The position numbers and the translations under genes are program-made. A stretch of DNA of 59,389 nucleotides, the filler included, from Dugesia japonica (taxonomy: Eukaryota), in the NCBI GenBank assembly GCA_001938525.1. It is 6 parts of 6 records of this genome, joined end to end, with 100 filler letters (N's around TTAATTAATTAA, not from the genome) between each part and the next. Parts side by side here need not be neighbours in the genome. Positions count along the whole stretch, not along the records: positions 20,243 to 28,998 come from MQRL01644370.1; positions 29,099 to 39,708 come from MQRL01620396.1; 4 more parts are not named here. One strand, written 5' to 3'. Below are positions 22,684-34,922 of this stretch, piece after piece; within the stretch, counting starts at the first letter, position 1; every line of letters begins with the position of its first letter. Under the pieces are notes generated by a model, which made no database searches, was not told where the DNA came from, and saw nothing but the letters and a program-made list of their open reading frames with translations.

Positions 22684-24637
22684 CAGATATGAGAACCTCT
22701 ATCATATCACAATTTGCATCATTCTGCATTAGATAACCTTTTTTTCGCTTTGACATGAAAAGACAATTCGTTTAAACAATTAAATATAATAATTTATTTC
22801 AATTCAATTATTTAACAAAGATTATCGATTTTTTGCGTTTTAGAGATTTTCATTTGCGATTTGAAGGCAATTTACTGCACCTGTTAATATTATCTTGGCG
22901 CGCTAAAATCGATTTTAAAATTTTCGTTTTGACATCTTATGTTTATTTATTAATTNNNNNNNNNNNNNNNNNNNNNNNNNNNNNNNNNNNNNNNNNNNNN
23001 NNNNNNNNNNNNNNNNNNNNNNNNNNNNNNNNNNNNNNNNNNNNNNNNNNNNNNNNNNNNNNNNNNNNNNNNNNTAATAATAATAATAAATATCAATAAT
23101 GAAATTAATTATAATATTTATTATAATTATGGAGTCATGTTTCGCATTTATACATTTATTGTGTTGCGAATAATTAATTATTGGGTAATTACCCAAATTA
23201 TTTGTTTTGTTTTAATTAATTGCTGTAACGAATATTTTTTTTGTATTAAATCATCGCTTTAATTTCCATATTCATTCCACGACATTACATTACCTCCTTC
23301 GGTATGACAGTCCGACAGAACGCATCAATTAAGAATCATAATCATCCAATAAAAATCGTTCATTCAAACTTATCAATCATCTTTTGTAGGTATAACTAAG
23401 TTAACCTTGATTATATCATCCGCTTCTTCTATAGAAGGTGTTCCGACAGTTCACTTTCAGTCTTAAATGTAAACCACTTCAACTGAATTTTACTCAACCT
23501 TTGTGGTTTTTAATTACTAACAGATAACCATCGTCACCTAGACTTAGTTTGACTTGGATGCACNNNNNNNNNNNNNNNNNNNNNNNNNNNNNNNNNNNNN
23601 NNNNNNNNNNNNNNNNNNNNNNNNNNNNNNNNNTCCTTCAAATGTATAAAAGGCAAAATTGTTAAATTTTTCATAATCATCATGAACATTAATATCAATA
23701 TTGTTTATACATGATGTGGAAATTAATGAATACATTGAATTCTCAATTATAATTTGAACTACTTGATCATCTTCATACTTTTCCAACCACATTCATTTCA
23801 AACCGCAAATAATAGCATCACCGTCAATTAAAAGTACAACAATATTAGTATAGTTCAATATTTAAAAAATCTGAATGTTTGTTTAAATATTGTTTTATAA
23901 GAATCAGTTATATTTTGAACTTATTAAATAAACTTGTTAGGAAATTAAGACTTTTGATTTACTTGGCGATCCAGTCCAACTGAACCCAATTACTGGAAAC
24001 CCGGAAAACAAAATAAAAAGAATATACGAAGCTTTACCTAAAGAGTCTAGGGAATTATAAACCCCTAAAATTACGAAATGTTGTGGGAATTATGACGAAG
24101 ACGTAGCAAAATGTTTAAATAAAATTTCAGTTTTTGCAGAATCAGACCGTTTTGATTTATGATCAACCTTTAATTTTTTATTAAATGAAAGACTAATTAA
24201 TTAGGCATTAAATTAATTAATAACAAGGCAAAAGACTTGTTATTCAATCGTTGTACAATTGTTATGCAATCGATAATTACCATTACATAACCGCTACATA
24301 ATAACTATGTATACATTACGTAACTATTGCAAAATTATTTCCACCATTACCATAGCAACTGTTTCCATAACAACCATTACATACAGTAAGGATTTTTTTT
24401 AAAAGAATTTTCTTTTCTCAATAATTATGTCATGTTACACATTATTCGATGCAGAACTTTACGCTGCTCACGAATATCATATTTTAAAAATGTTGAAACA
24501 TACACAATAAATTTTTTAAACACAAATAATAAACAAAAACAATATAGATATAATTAACAATAAAACAACAATAGTAAATATAATAAGTTAAAATTAAACA
24601 ATTCTTTTTACAAAATTTTATTATTTTTTAAAAATAT

Positions 24638-24639
24638 TT

Positions 24640-24670
<31 letters not shown>

Positions 24671-27600
24671 CGAGTAATGCCCATATGTCACACTGCTTTT
24701 TTGAGAAGTCCAATTTCTTTTGTCATCAAACGGATCCAATGAATTCTTTCTTGTTTGAATAGTAAATAATTGATGGTTTAATGTTCCAATTCTGCTTTGA
24801 ACTACTCGTTTTTCTTCGCCGTTCTTATATGCATCTATGTAGTCTTGATGACTAATATTGGTTTGCTTGAGAGATATTCCTTTACTCGTCATCATTGTTT
24901 TTTCATCTGTTTGAAGTGAATATGACTTTGGGCGAATAAATATCCATTCTTTAAAATTTGCTAGACCTTTATTTTCATCCTTGAACTTCCCAATAGCTGC
25001 TGTTAATTGTGCTGAATAAAGAGGACCTTCCTTCTGAAAATTAGAACTGTCTAAAAGCATGTCCTGAATCATTGCTGCAACAAGCTGCTGTCTCTGATCA
25101 ACATTCTTACACTCCAGAAAGAAGCTGTCTCCAATGACAATGTTAATTTCACAATTAAATCTTTTTCTGTATGACTCCAATTCCTCATATTGTAACTTAT
25201 ACATTCTAAACTTTGATAGATCTAGAACCTCTTGTCCGATATATGATGGTCTATCCTATTTTACAACATCCTTAGCTAATAAAGCGGCAACCAAATAATC
25301 TGCTATTTCGATTTGAGTCTTTGAATTGTGGCTTACTAGCATATGTAATAAGTTTCTTCTCATTGTTGCACAGTCTCAAATTCAAACGTTTTAATAGGTT
25401 TTCAACAGTTTTTCCATACAGACTATTGTTTTTTAGTTTGAAAAATCTTTCTCAAAGACGTTAGTAGATTGAGCCCGTTTTTCTGAATTAAAGTCGATAT
25501 ATGACTTAAAAGCAGAGCCTTGATCAAACGCTACCGCTAGATGAACTTTATATACTTTTGCACCCAGTTTCATAAACAATTGAAGCCGCTGATAATGTAT
25601 AACATAATTCTGTTTTGCTTCATGTGTCAAAAGTAACTTCTTAACTTTACTTCCTAGTGGGCTTTGATTAATTGGAGAAAGTGGCAGTTGGTCTAATTTG
25701 TTATGTTCTTCATGTGAAATTGATAGGTCTACCTCAAAAACAAGTCCATGTTTTTCTTTCTCCGTATCTAAATATGGCAATATTTCTATCATAGTCTTCA
25801 GCTGATCTTCATCAATTATCCATTCAAAATTACCATATGGTAATGATTCACTCAAAGCCCACCCATACAAATTGTTAATGTCCTTATAAAGCAGACTTGT
25901 GCTTTCATATGCATGTACCCTATGTTTATTCACAAAGGTCATTCCTCCTCTTATTCCAGCTTGGAAAAAGTAGAATTTTCAGGATCTTGTAAAAATTCAA
26001 TCTTGACAGAATATGTTTTTATCGCAGTTGCCCAACTTAAAGCTGGTATTGCTATAACGTTTGCTGCTTCAAGCCCATCCTGATCCTTGACTTGTGTTCT
26101 AAATTGTTTAAAAACATCGGTAAGCAGGTATATGTCTAATTTCATGTATATTAGCATATACTGTAAGAGATTAGTGCAACTGTATTGTGTCCATACTTGT
26201 TTTGCTTCATCATATTCTTCGTCATCAATGTTGTCCCATTTTGGTGGTGGCTGGCTAATTGTTTTGAGATTTTGAAATGATTTTGCAAGCGTGTATTGAA
26301 AAACACCCTTCCCATTCATAAAGTTTGTAGGAAATCATGTTTTTGTCAATNGATAATCTTGTAAATTAGCCGCTAAAGTCTTCAGTGAAGCTGACAGGAA
26401 CTGATATGAATCCAAAAATTTAACTGACACTGTTTTCTGATTATCAGATTTCATAAATGCTGACAAAGTTGAGAATTTTTCCACATTCTGAGGTATAACA
26501 TTGAGATTCCAAGTAGGAAATTTGTTGATGGCATGCTTAAGTATATGAGGCCAGTCATATCCTTTTAGGTTGTGAAAAAGACTGGGAACATGCTGCGAAT
26601 CTGTCTGGACAAATTAAATTTATAACATAAAGCTCCAAGAAATTTTCCGGTAACATGACAATGATCTATCACATATTTTTTTGACATTATTTGACATAAG
26701 TAAAATTTGGCTGCATTTTTAAAATTGTTAATACGATAGTGGGGACAATGGGACTTCCGCATTCTCATAACGTGATGAAACCTTGGTTTTTGTGATAAGC
26801 TCTAACGCTGATAAAAAACTTATAATACAATCTGGACTAGTAAATTCTTCATAATGCATATATCTATTTAGTCCTAAAAGCAACAGACCAGCAGATGCCA
26901 GCAAATGAATATTTTTGTGAGTTTCTGATAGAGCCAACACCGACTAAAAGTCAGCATATTCAATAAAAGGAGGGCTGAACGTTTTTGAAAAATCTTTAAA
27001 CTCACAGTACCTTTGATCTGGCATTTTGTAAAGTGTTGTTGTTTTATCATTAGAATTGCACATGGGTAAGTGCTTGTCATATCCAGTNTGATATCTAAAT
27101 CCATGTAAACATTTGGATCACCAAAGTTTGCATTAAATCCTGAGTCCATCTTCTCTATCTCTTAAATTGAGCAATCACTCCAGATTAGTAATTGCTATAT
27201 AATGATAATTACTTCCATTCTCTAGAAGGAGTAGGTTGATTGGAATACCATCCAAGTTCTTGCTTCTGTATATTACATCAACATACGGGTTCCTGACAAT
27301 ATCTGCATTAACAATATCCGGTTCATTGTTGTATGTAAACACATTGATTGCTAATTCTAGATTATTTCTCTCAAACGAGGGAATGTCCTTAATCTTCATA
27401 GGCATTTCGTCTGTGGAATAATTAAGTTCTGATAAATATGACTTATATTTGTTGACTCTATGTCTGTTGCTTGTTATATTTCAATAATTTTGTACAGCCA
27501 AGATACTGTAAATGAAGTATAAGTTGTCTTTATTCTGAGCATTGATGGTAGAATTTGATTTTTCTAATGTTTCTGATGATTTTATATAACTTCTCCCAGA

Positions 27601-28383
27601 AAGATATGGCATTGAATTGATCTTGATTACCTTAAAGTAATAATGAAGTACTTTGACCATTTTCCATCCCCTTCCCATCTGACTATAATTCTCTATCTTC
27701 TCCGCTAAAATTGGAGAAATTTCATCAATAAAATTTGTATTGTATTCAACTGCCCTATGAGAAATATACCATTCTTTNNNNNNNNNNNNNNNNNNNNNNN
27801 NNNNNNNNNNNNNNNNNNNNNNNNNNNNNNNNNNNNNNNNNNNNNNNNNNNNNNNNNNNNNNNNNNNNNNNNNNNNNNNNNNAGGCATAATATCTCTGGT
27901 ATTGTTTCTGTTCACATCAAAAGATATTTCCATATGACTTCCATTCATGATACGAGTCATCTTCTGATACTCATTATTCCGCATTGATGGTTTTGATAGA
28001 ATCGGTGTTCCTTTTCGCTTTCTTGTTGAATTAATTTGATTAATTGGTTCAACTTGTTTGCTTGTAATTTGATTTACTGATTTATCTTGGTTATTTGCCA
28101 TTTGATTATTTATTTCATCTTGATTGTATTGTCTAGCGTTGTTTATGGTTCTTTCTTTCAATTTTAAGTTTTCAAAAATAGATTTATTGGAAACTTTAAA
28201 CGCTACTAGATGATCCTTATGCTTTTGGTAAAATACCGTATAGAAACTAACTTCTACTGTCTTGCAAATTGGGCAAACATAAAATACATTTCTTTTTATC
28301 TTCATCTTGTAATATAGGTGCATCACTTCGTGACAATCATCATGAATTTTGGATTGACAATATCTATAATTTTTGCAAACCAT
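24638..28383 (-). pseudogene. Near full-length, frameshifted protein-primed DNA polymerase B of a Polinton/Maverick/adintovirus-like element
   Basis: Collinear motifs: GRGW..SGRSYI..INAQNKDNLYFIYSILA and HYIAITNL (OTU-like N-terminus), DHCHVTGKFLG (endonuclease VII/HNH), FFHNLKGYD, FLDSYQF, KGVFQY, YMKLDIYLLTDVF (exonuclease), YKDINNLYG, NNSLYGK, IGDSFF, GKFKDE, RPKSYS, SLDPFDDKR..YGHY. Confidence 0.92.
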
Positions 28384-28998
28384 TATAATACTTGAAATTN
28401 TCAGAGAAATAATGACTGACAGTTTGTCTATTTATAAATTTTACAGTGATTACTGTTATGCAATAGTTTAGCAATACATAATCAACGATATGATTATTTG
28501 AAGTGTTAATTTTTTATTATTAAATCTGATTGGTGTATTTTGTACAACACACATTTTTTAACATTTGCGATATAATATAATTTATGTACACATGGTCTAA
28601 TTTTCATCTATTGTATAATAATGTTTACTTACCGGTAGATATTATTATTATTACTATTTTTATAAAATTATTATTANAATTATTATTACTATTACTATTG
28701 TTATTAATATTATTATAATTATCACTATTAATATTATAATTATTATTATTCCTACTATTTATTTTTAATATTATTGAAATTTTTATTATTATCTTAATCA
28801 ACATATAGTATAATAAAATCAATTTATACATGGTTTATGTTTAATCTATTACATAATAATCTTTATTTTATTGCAACCAAATATTTTCAAATAATTTTAC
28901 CAAAATTTATTTCGTGAATACTATTACATAGCAATATATTTTATTGCCTAGCGAATTATGTATGTTTGTACTGTTCCAGAGTTCTCAAAACTACCTAC

Positions 28999-29098
28999 NN
29001 NNNNNNNNNNNNNNNNNNNNNNNNNNNNNNNNNNNNNNNNNNTTAATTAATTAANNNNNNNNNNNNNNNNNNNNNNNNNNNNNNNNNNNNNNNNNNNN
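28999..29098. other. Artificial scaffold linker
   Basis: N44-TTAATTAATTAA-N44. Confidence 0.95.
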
Positions 29099-29879
29099 AT
29101 AAATAAAACTAATAAAATAAATGTCACCTGTATTTGTTTTTTATTCAAAATCAATACAAATACATTAATTCCTCAATAAAAATTAAATTCCAATAATTTT
29201 TATACACGAAATTTCTTATAACAAAATTTATCACTAATTTCATTCACAAAATAAATAAAGTCAAATAAATAATGTGAAAACAAAATCATTTAATTAAATA
29301 GTCAATTAAATAGGTTTGGATAATTGAAGTCTAATGGGGATCCACTGTTTTTGATGATTAATGAGTTTGGATCTGGAGATGAAGGATATTGATTTGATTC
29401 TTCTTTTTTCGTAGATTTCAAAAATATATTTATGTACATGCTATGTATATGTATATGTATGTGTTTATTGCTTTGTGATATATGTATGTGTTGTTTTATA
29501 ATGCCTAGAACCTCAACGTCATCATATAGTGGCAGTGGTTAATAACGAAACTTTTGTAAAGAAGTTGCTAGAGCAAAGGTTTAATAGAGATATTAAATTT
29601 TGATTTATTCATTTATTGTATTTCATAACTAAAGTCGTTAATTCTCAAAGATGTCAGGTAAAGCTAGTAGCATGTTTATTAGACATTTAACTTATTGAAA
29701 AATATTAGAATACATTAGATAAACCAGAGGGGNNNNNNNNNNNNNNNNNNNNNNNNNNNNNNNNNNNNNNNNNNNNNNNNNNNNNNNNNNNNNNNNNNNN
29801 NNNNNNNNNNNNNNNNNNNNNNNNNNNNNNNNNNNNNNNNNNNNNNNNNNNNNNNNNNNNNNNNNNNNNNACAAAGAAG

Positions 29880-30570
29880 CGTTGTTAGCCAAAATACTAG
29901 TAAGTGCATTGGAAAGTAATACACTACAGAGCAAAGTGATACTCAGGAAACATTCCATGGTGACAGAAATTTAAGAAACATTGCGTTTATTAGATAAAAT
30001 AAAAGGAAGATATTGAGGGGACAAAAAGTCAAGTAACAAGAATAAATAAGTACTGTCAAAAGTCAATAATTCCACAAATAAGGGACATCAAAGGTCAGAA
30101 AACACTGTTGAATGTTGAGGATCACATAAAACGGGCCTTAAAAGTGAACAGTCTCCTGAGAGAGAATTTAAAAAGAGAGAAATTTGAGTAAAAATTATAA
30201 AAAATCAACAAGTTAGATATTTTGGTTGCATTGAGTTTGGACCTTTGAAAAATGGAGTCACAATGATAAAATATTTATGTTGTGGTTGAGCAGGTCACAA
30301 AGTGACTAAATTCCAAAAAGTTTGGAAAGATGACTGGATAGAGTTTATAACTGAAGAGAAGTGGAACAGCAAAGTTTGCTTGAATATTTTAATACAGTAG
30401 TAGCAATAGAAGATAGGGAAGAAGATTAGATTAGATTAGAACTAAATCAATCAGAGTCATCGCACTCAAATAGGAGGACTCCACCAAGAGAGGGGCTAGT
30501 TAGGATTGAATATTAGTAAATACTTATTTTTGGGATGAAACACAAAAAAAAGAGTTAATGAAAACTTAAG
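29880..30570 (+). mobile_element. Highly decayed LTR-retrotransposon remnant (gag knuckles, PPT, LTR start)
   Basis: Relic knuckles FGCIEFG and CCG*AGH; purine tract AAGAGAGGGG (~30486) followed by AGTTAGGAT, resembling the TGTTAGGAT LTR start at 54310. Confidence 0.35.
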
Positions 30571-31416
30571 GGGGTCTCACATGACTGGAGTTTAACTCAA
30601 TTAATAATAATAAAATCAGAATTAATAAGAAATTAAACTGTAATTGAACTAAATAAGAAATAACCAATATAAAATGGTAAAGAAAGAAAATAAATACAGG
30701 CTATAAATAATTGATGAAATATGGAAAAGAACAATTAATTTTAAAAGAATTATAATGAATAATAAAGTTAATTTCGATAAAATAATGCTAAATCATAAAA
30801 TTAAAATTATAATCATTTAATTAATTAGAAAGATAAGAACAAAGGTCAATTGGTGAAAGAAAGGAAAAAAGTGAATAGAATGATCAGAAAACGTTAGGTT
30901 AAGAAACATTGAATATAATTTAAAACGAGTAATTCGAGTTTGCTAATTTTAAAAACAAGAAACCGTCAAGAGTATAAAGAAAGAGATACAAAAGATAGAT
31001 CAATAATTGGTTAGAAAACAGGAGTTAAAGCAAAGCACAAATAATCAGATCGTGGCTTAAATAATCACCAATGAAGAACAAAGAAAAGAACAGAAAATTC
31101 CAAATTTTATAATAAGAACCCAACCAGATAGCAAAGACAAAATTTAAAAATAACTAGCCAATACGAAGAAACTCCGGGTGCAACAAAAATGGTATAAAAA
31201 GACCACAATTGTTATTACTATAATTTATTTGCTAAAATTAGTACACTGTATTGAGTGTTCAAATTGCTTCTTATAAGTCGTTTTATTACAACTAATGTTC
31301 ACAACTGTATTATTAAATATTTAGCATCTAAATCTTTTATTGAAGTGAATCCTAATAAAGCTAAGCCTACTTCTTCCACACATAAACCAAAGAAAGACGA
31401 CAGCAATAATAAAAAA

Positions 31417-31650
31417 ATGTCTTGGGAGCTGTATCGACTTTCTAAATGAAACTAGGAAACCCAAGTAGCAATGCAAAAAGCAAAAAATAAAAAATATAAA
31501 AAACGCTGCGGAGAATATATGTAAGAGACAGTGCGCTCACATGAACAAGAAGGACTCTAAAAAGCCCAACCGGTCTCTTTCACCACATTGATTAAGCAAT
31601 TATATAAGCAAGAAAATCAACTGGACTAAAATATCTTAAAATAGAGGGCA
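31417..31650 (+). pseudogene. Disrupted MSWELY-family gene copy
   Basis: MSWELYRLSK*N*ETQVAMQKAKNKKYKKRCGEYM*ETVRSHEQEGL*KAQPVSFTTLIKQLYKQENQLD*NIL aligns without gaps to the ORF from 14754; upstream AGCCAAT (~31156) and GTATAAAA (~31192). Confidence 0.65.
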
Positions 31651-32009
31651 CGGATACTCTTTAAACAATTTTTATTGACTACGCAACAAAAACTAAACGT
31701 AGAACTAGTTTTTGAAAGCTGTAAATAACGTCTTAAATGTTTCAAATGTATCAACTTGGAGATGACGTAGAATGGCTAAGAAGGCTATCAAGGGGACAAG
31801 AAGTAAAATTTACATTTGATAGATTGCAAGGTAGACAAAGTGTGAGAATTTCTTTCAGTTGTGTGGAGTTAGGTATGAGAGCATGCATTAATATAATCAA
31901 CAAAAAATGTTTGGAGAGATGGTCAGAAACCAAGGTAATACAATGCAGTTGCATTGTGTTAATCTAGTGGATTGGCTACCAAGGGGTGCAATTAGATACA
32001 AGCATATTG

Positions 32010-32845
32010 GTAGTGAAATTTATAACCGAGAAGAATGTGTTTCGAGATATAAGCGTTCCTCGTATAACGTGGTTAATTTGTATTGTGCTATATCGAAACC
32101 GTGTTATACAAAACTTTCTTATTTAATCATTCTAACTAAGATAATTTTAATTTAATTTTGCAGCTAAAGCTATTACTTCTGGCAGATCAATTGAATTTAA
32201 ATGAGAAACCGATTCAATGTTACAAATGTTTTCGGAATCTTCTAGATAATTGGAAGTGGAGATACTTAGTAGTTAATTTGTTCTTCCTCATTCAAAGTTT
32301 GTTCTTCAAATAGTTCCCAAAAATCATCAATGTTCATATCTAAAATTTCGTCCCCTTCTAAATTAGAAGCAACCAATATTATTTTGTTATATTCTGCTTT
32401 TTCAAATGAGAAAAAGTTTCCTTTCTAGACCATTTAGGTAACAAAGGTTTCAAACACGCATAAAGTGAAGACTGTTATAATTCCTTGAATGCCAAAGCTA
32501 TAAATGCAAAGTAATCTAAAATNNAANATTNTTTCCAAGCTTGAGTAAGCGTTACATTTTTTGTCGTTTTCCAGTCTTTCGAAAATCTTTTGGAATACTA
32601 CTCGTATGTAGTATTCTTTCAGTGTTGCAATGATCTCTTGATCTAACAGTTTGATCAATGATGTGTAATTTGTAGAAAAAAACAATTTTTACTTTAGGAT
32701 TATTCAACTTTTTACTGTGGCTACCTGCTTTATCAATGAGCAATAAAACTTTAGAGCTCGAATTTGTTTTCATCAAAATCACTTTTAATTCGGGAATAAT
32801 ACACTTTTTCAACCATTCTTCAAACCAATAGAATTTTTCCTGATT
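32010..32845 (-). mobile_element. pogo/Tigger (DDE_1) transposase remnant with 3' terminal region
   Basis: KVLLLIDKAGSH..KVKIVFF.TNYTSLIKLLDQEIIATLKEYY matches LDNAPGH..FLPPNTTSLIQPLDQGII; subterminal ttcgagatataa/cgtataac motifs at 32010-32110. Confidence 0.8.
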
Positions 32846-33599
32846 TTAGTTGTCGAAAATTTTAATGGAATTTGTTTAGGACTCCGAGTTAACAGCCCAA
32901 ATTTTTCCACAGAATGATCGACTTGCTCGAATTTATCCTCGCTTTCGAACGATTCGTTAAATTTCTTTACTCGGCTTTGCTCGATTCATTCAAATTTTTA
33001 CTCGGTTGGGTTGATTCAGTCAAAATTTTGTCGGATTCGGTGTAATTTGGAGGAAATTTTCCTTTATGATGTCGAATCAAGTATATTTCTGGATGGTTTT
33101 AGGGGTTTTTAAGTAATTTTTAGATAATAATTTGCTCTGTGAAGTTAAGTCTTACCTAATTGCGTCGGTTTAAGTTAATTTTTGGACGAATCTTTACTCA
33201 ATGATATCAAATCTGGGCAAACTTAGAATGATGTAAGTAAATTTGGTGTGACAACTTGCTCGGTGAGGTCAAATAATGTTAATTTCAATCAAGGATTTCC
33301 TCGAGTTTGTTGGTTTNGGTAATTTTAAGACAAACTTGGTTGAGTTTTTTGTAATCTTAGGTAATTATTTACTCACAAGGATCAGTTTTGGGAGACTTTG
33401 GATGGTAATATCCTTGGTCTGGTCAGCTCATATTGTTTAAATAATATGAAAATTTTAAATGTTTTCAATCAAATTCCGAATTTCGTAAATTTTTTGATAA
33501 ATTTTTATCGAGATTTTTTCATGAAGCTATTCAGAATGACCTCGGGATCATTTCTGTAAAGAAAATATTTTTTCGAAAATTATTTTGTACTGAAATTTA

Positions 33600-34120
33600 A
33601 TAAGAATTCGATAGAGAATTTCATGCTGATCATGACTGATCAAGTTCAAAATTTTCAAATTCTGTCTGGGACTGAGGAAAATTGGACAAACCTAAAACGT
33701 TTGACAATCTTTAAAACTTTTTTCTCTAATCATATTGAAATATACATTATTCGATAGAGAATTTTTCACTGATCAAGAAAATAATCACGTGAAATCACTA
33801 AACTTAATTTTGACAGAGAAACTTTGAAAACACCTACTCAAAAATCCCGAGGATGCTTAACCGACACAAATAAAAAATTATTTTTTAAATTTTCATTCAA
33901 ATTTAATTGTTCATCTACTATTCGGATAGAACATTTTTCACTGATTAAGAATAAATACAGTAAAAAATTTNAAATCAAATTACTTGGAAAAAACTTTACA
34001 TTTTTTATTTCTTAAAAATTAATTATGATTTTAAAAATTATAAATATAAAAATAAAAAATAACTTAAATTTGAATATTAAAGTGTCTATTCAATAGGGAA
34101 ATTTTACCTTGAGTAAGAAT
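33600..34120 (+). repeat. Four copies of an ATTCGATAGAGAATTT..CTGATCAAGAA motif at ~140-170 bp spacing
   Basis: Copies near 33605, 33748, 33918 and 34087 with progressive degeneration. Confidence 0.55.
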
Positions 34121-34922
34121 AAGTAAACCTAAAATTGACAAACCTAATAGATAAAGTGTTATATAGAAAAAGATGCACTTAATTTGTGAGTTTGACCTAA
34201 TGAACATAATAATAAAAACAAATTGATAGTTTTTGGGTGAGTTTTGGTCAGGAATTTATTTGGTGAGGTCGCATAAGTTCTACTTTTGAACTAGTTTTGG
34301 CTCCTTTAGGTGATAATTTACGCTTCACTGGTCTTTTCTCTCACTTATTGATTTTCTCACTTGACAGGTTTTNACTCTTCACTGGTTTTCCCACTNTTCA
34401 CTAATTTTTAGTGATTAGTGCTCTGCTTACTGTAAACTAGTCTTCAGTTATCATTCGCTGCTTCCTGTGTACTGGTTTTCTTGCTCTTCACAGGTCTTCT
34501 TAATTCTTCTCTCTTTGCTCTTTTTTCTCACATATACTGCTTATCTTCCTCTATTTACAAATCTTAACTCTCATTTACTGATTTTCTTCCGCATCAGATG
34601 GTCTATGGTCTTTGCCTGCGGAAATTTATACAGTTTGATTATTGTTTTCGGCATTGAAATTTGTAGTGAACCAAAGTTTAAACTTATAAATTTAAACTTT
34701 AATTCGAATAAATGCTAATATCGATTTTATATTTTATAATCAGTAATTTGCAGATACATTTTTCCACGATTGACGATCGATTTGGAAGACTCAAATCACT
34801 ATTTCTATTGGTAATTATGGCGAAATAACTATTAATTAATAATNTCATCCAATATGATACGAGTTATCTGGATATTAATATTGAAATTCTTGTATTTAAT
34901 TTATATTTATCTTTTCAAACAT

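Noticed and set aside
23240-24165. Coding-like fragments next to PolB (WLEKYEDDQVV; PITGNPENKIKRIYEAL)
   Set aside because: Short, disrupted and gap-containing; no recognisable Polinton gene or transposase motif.
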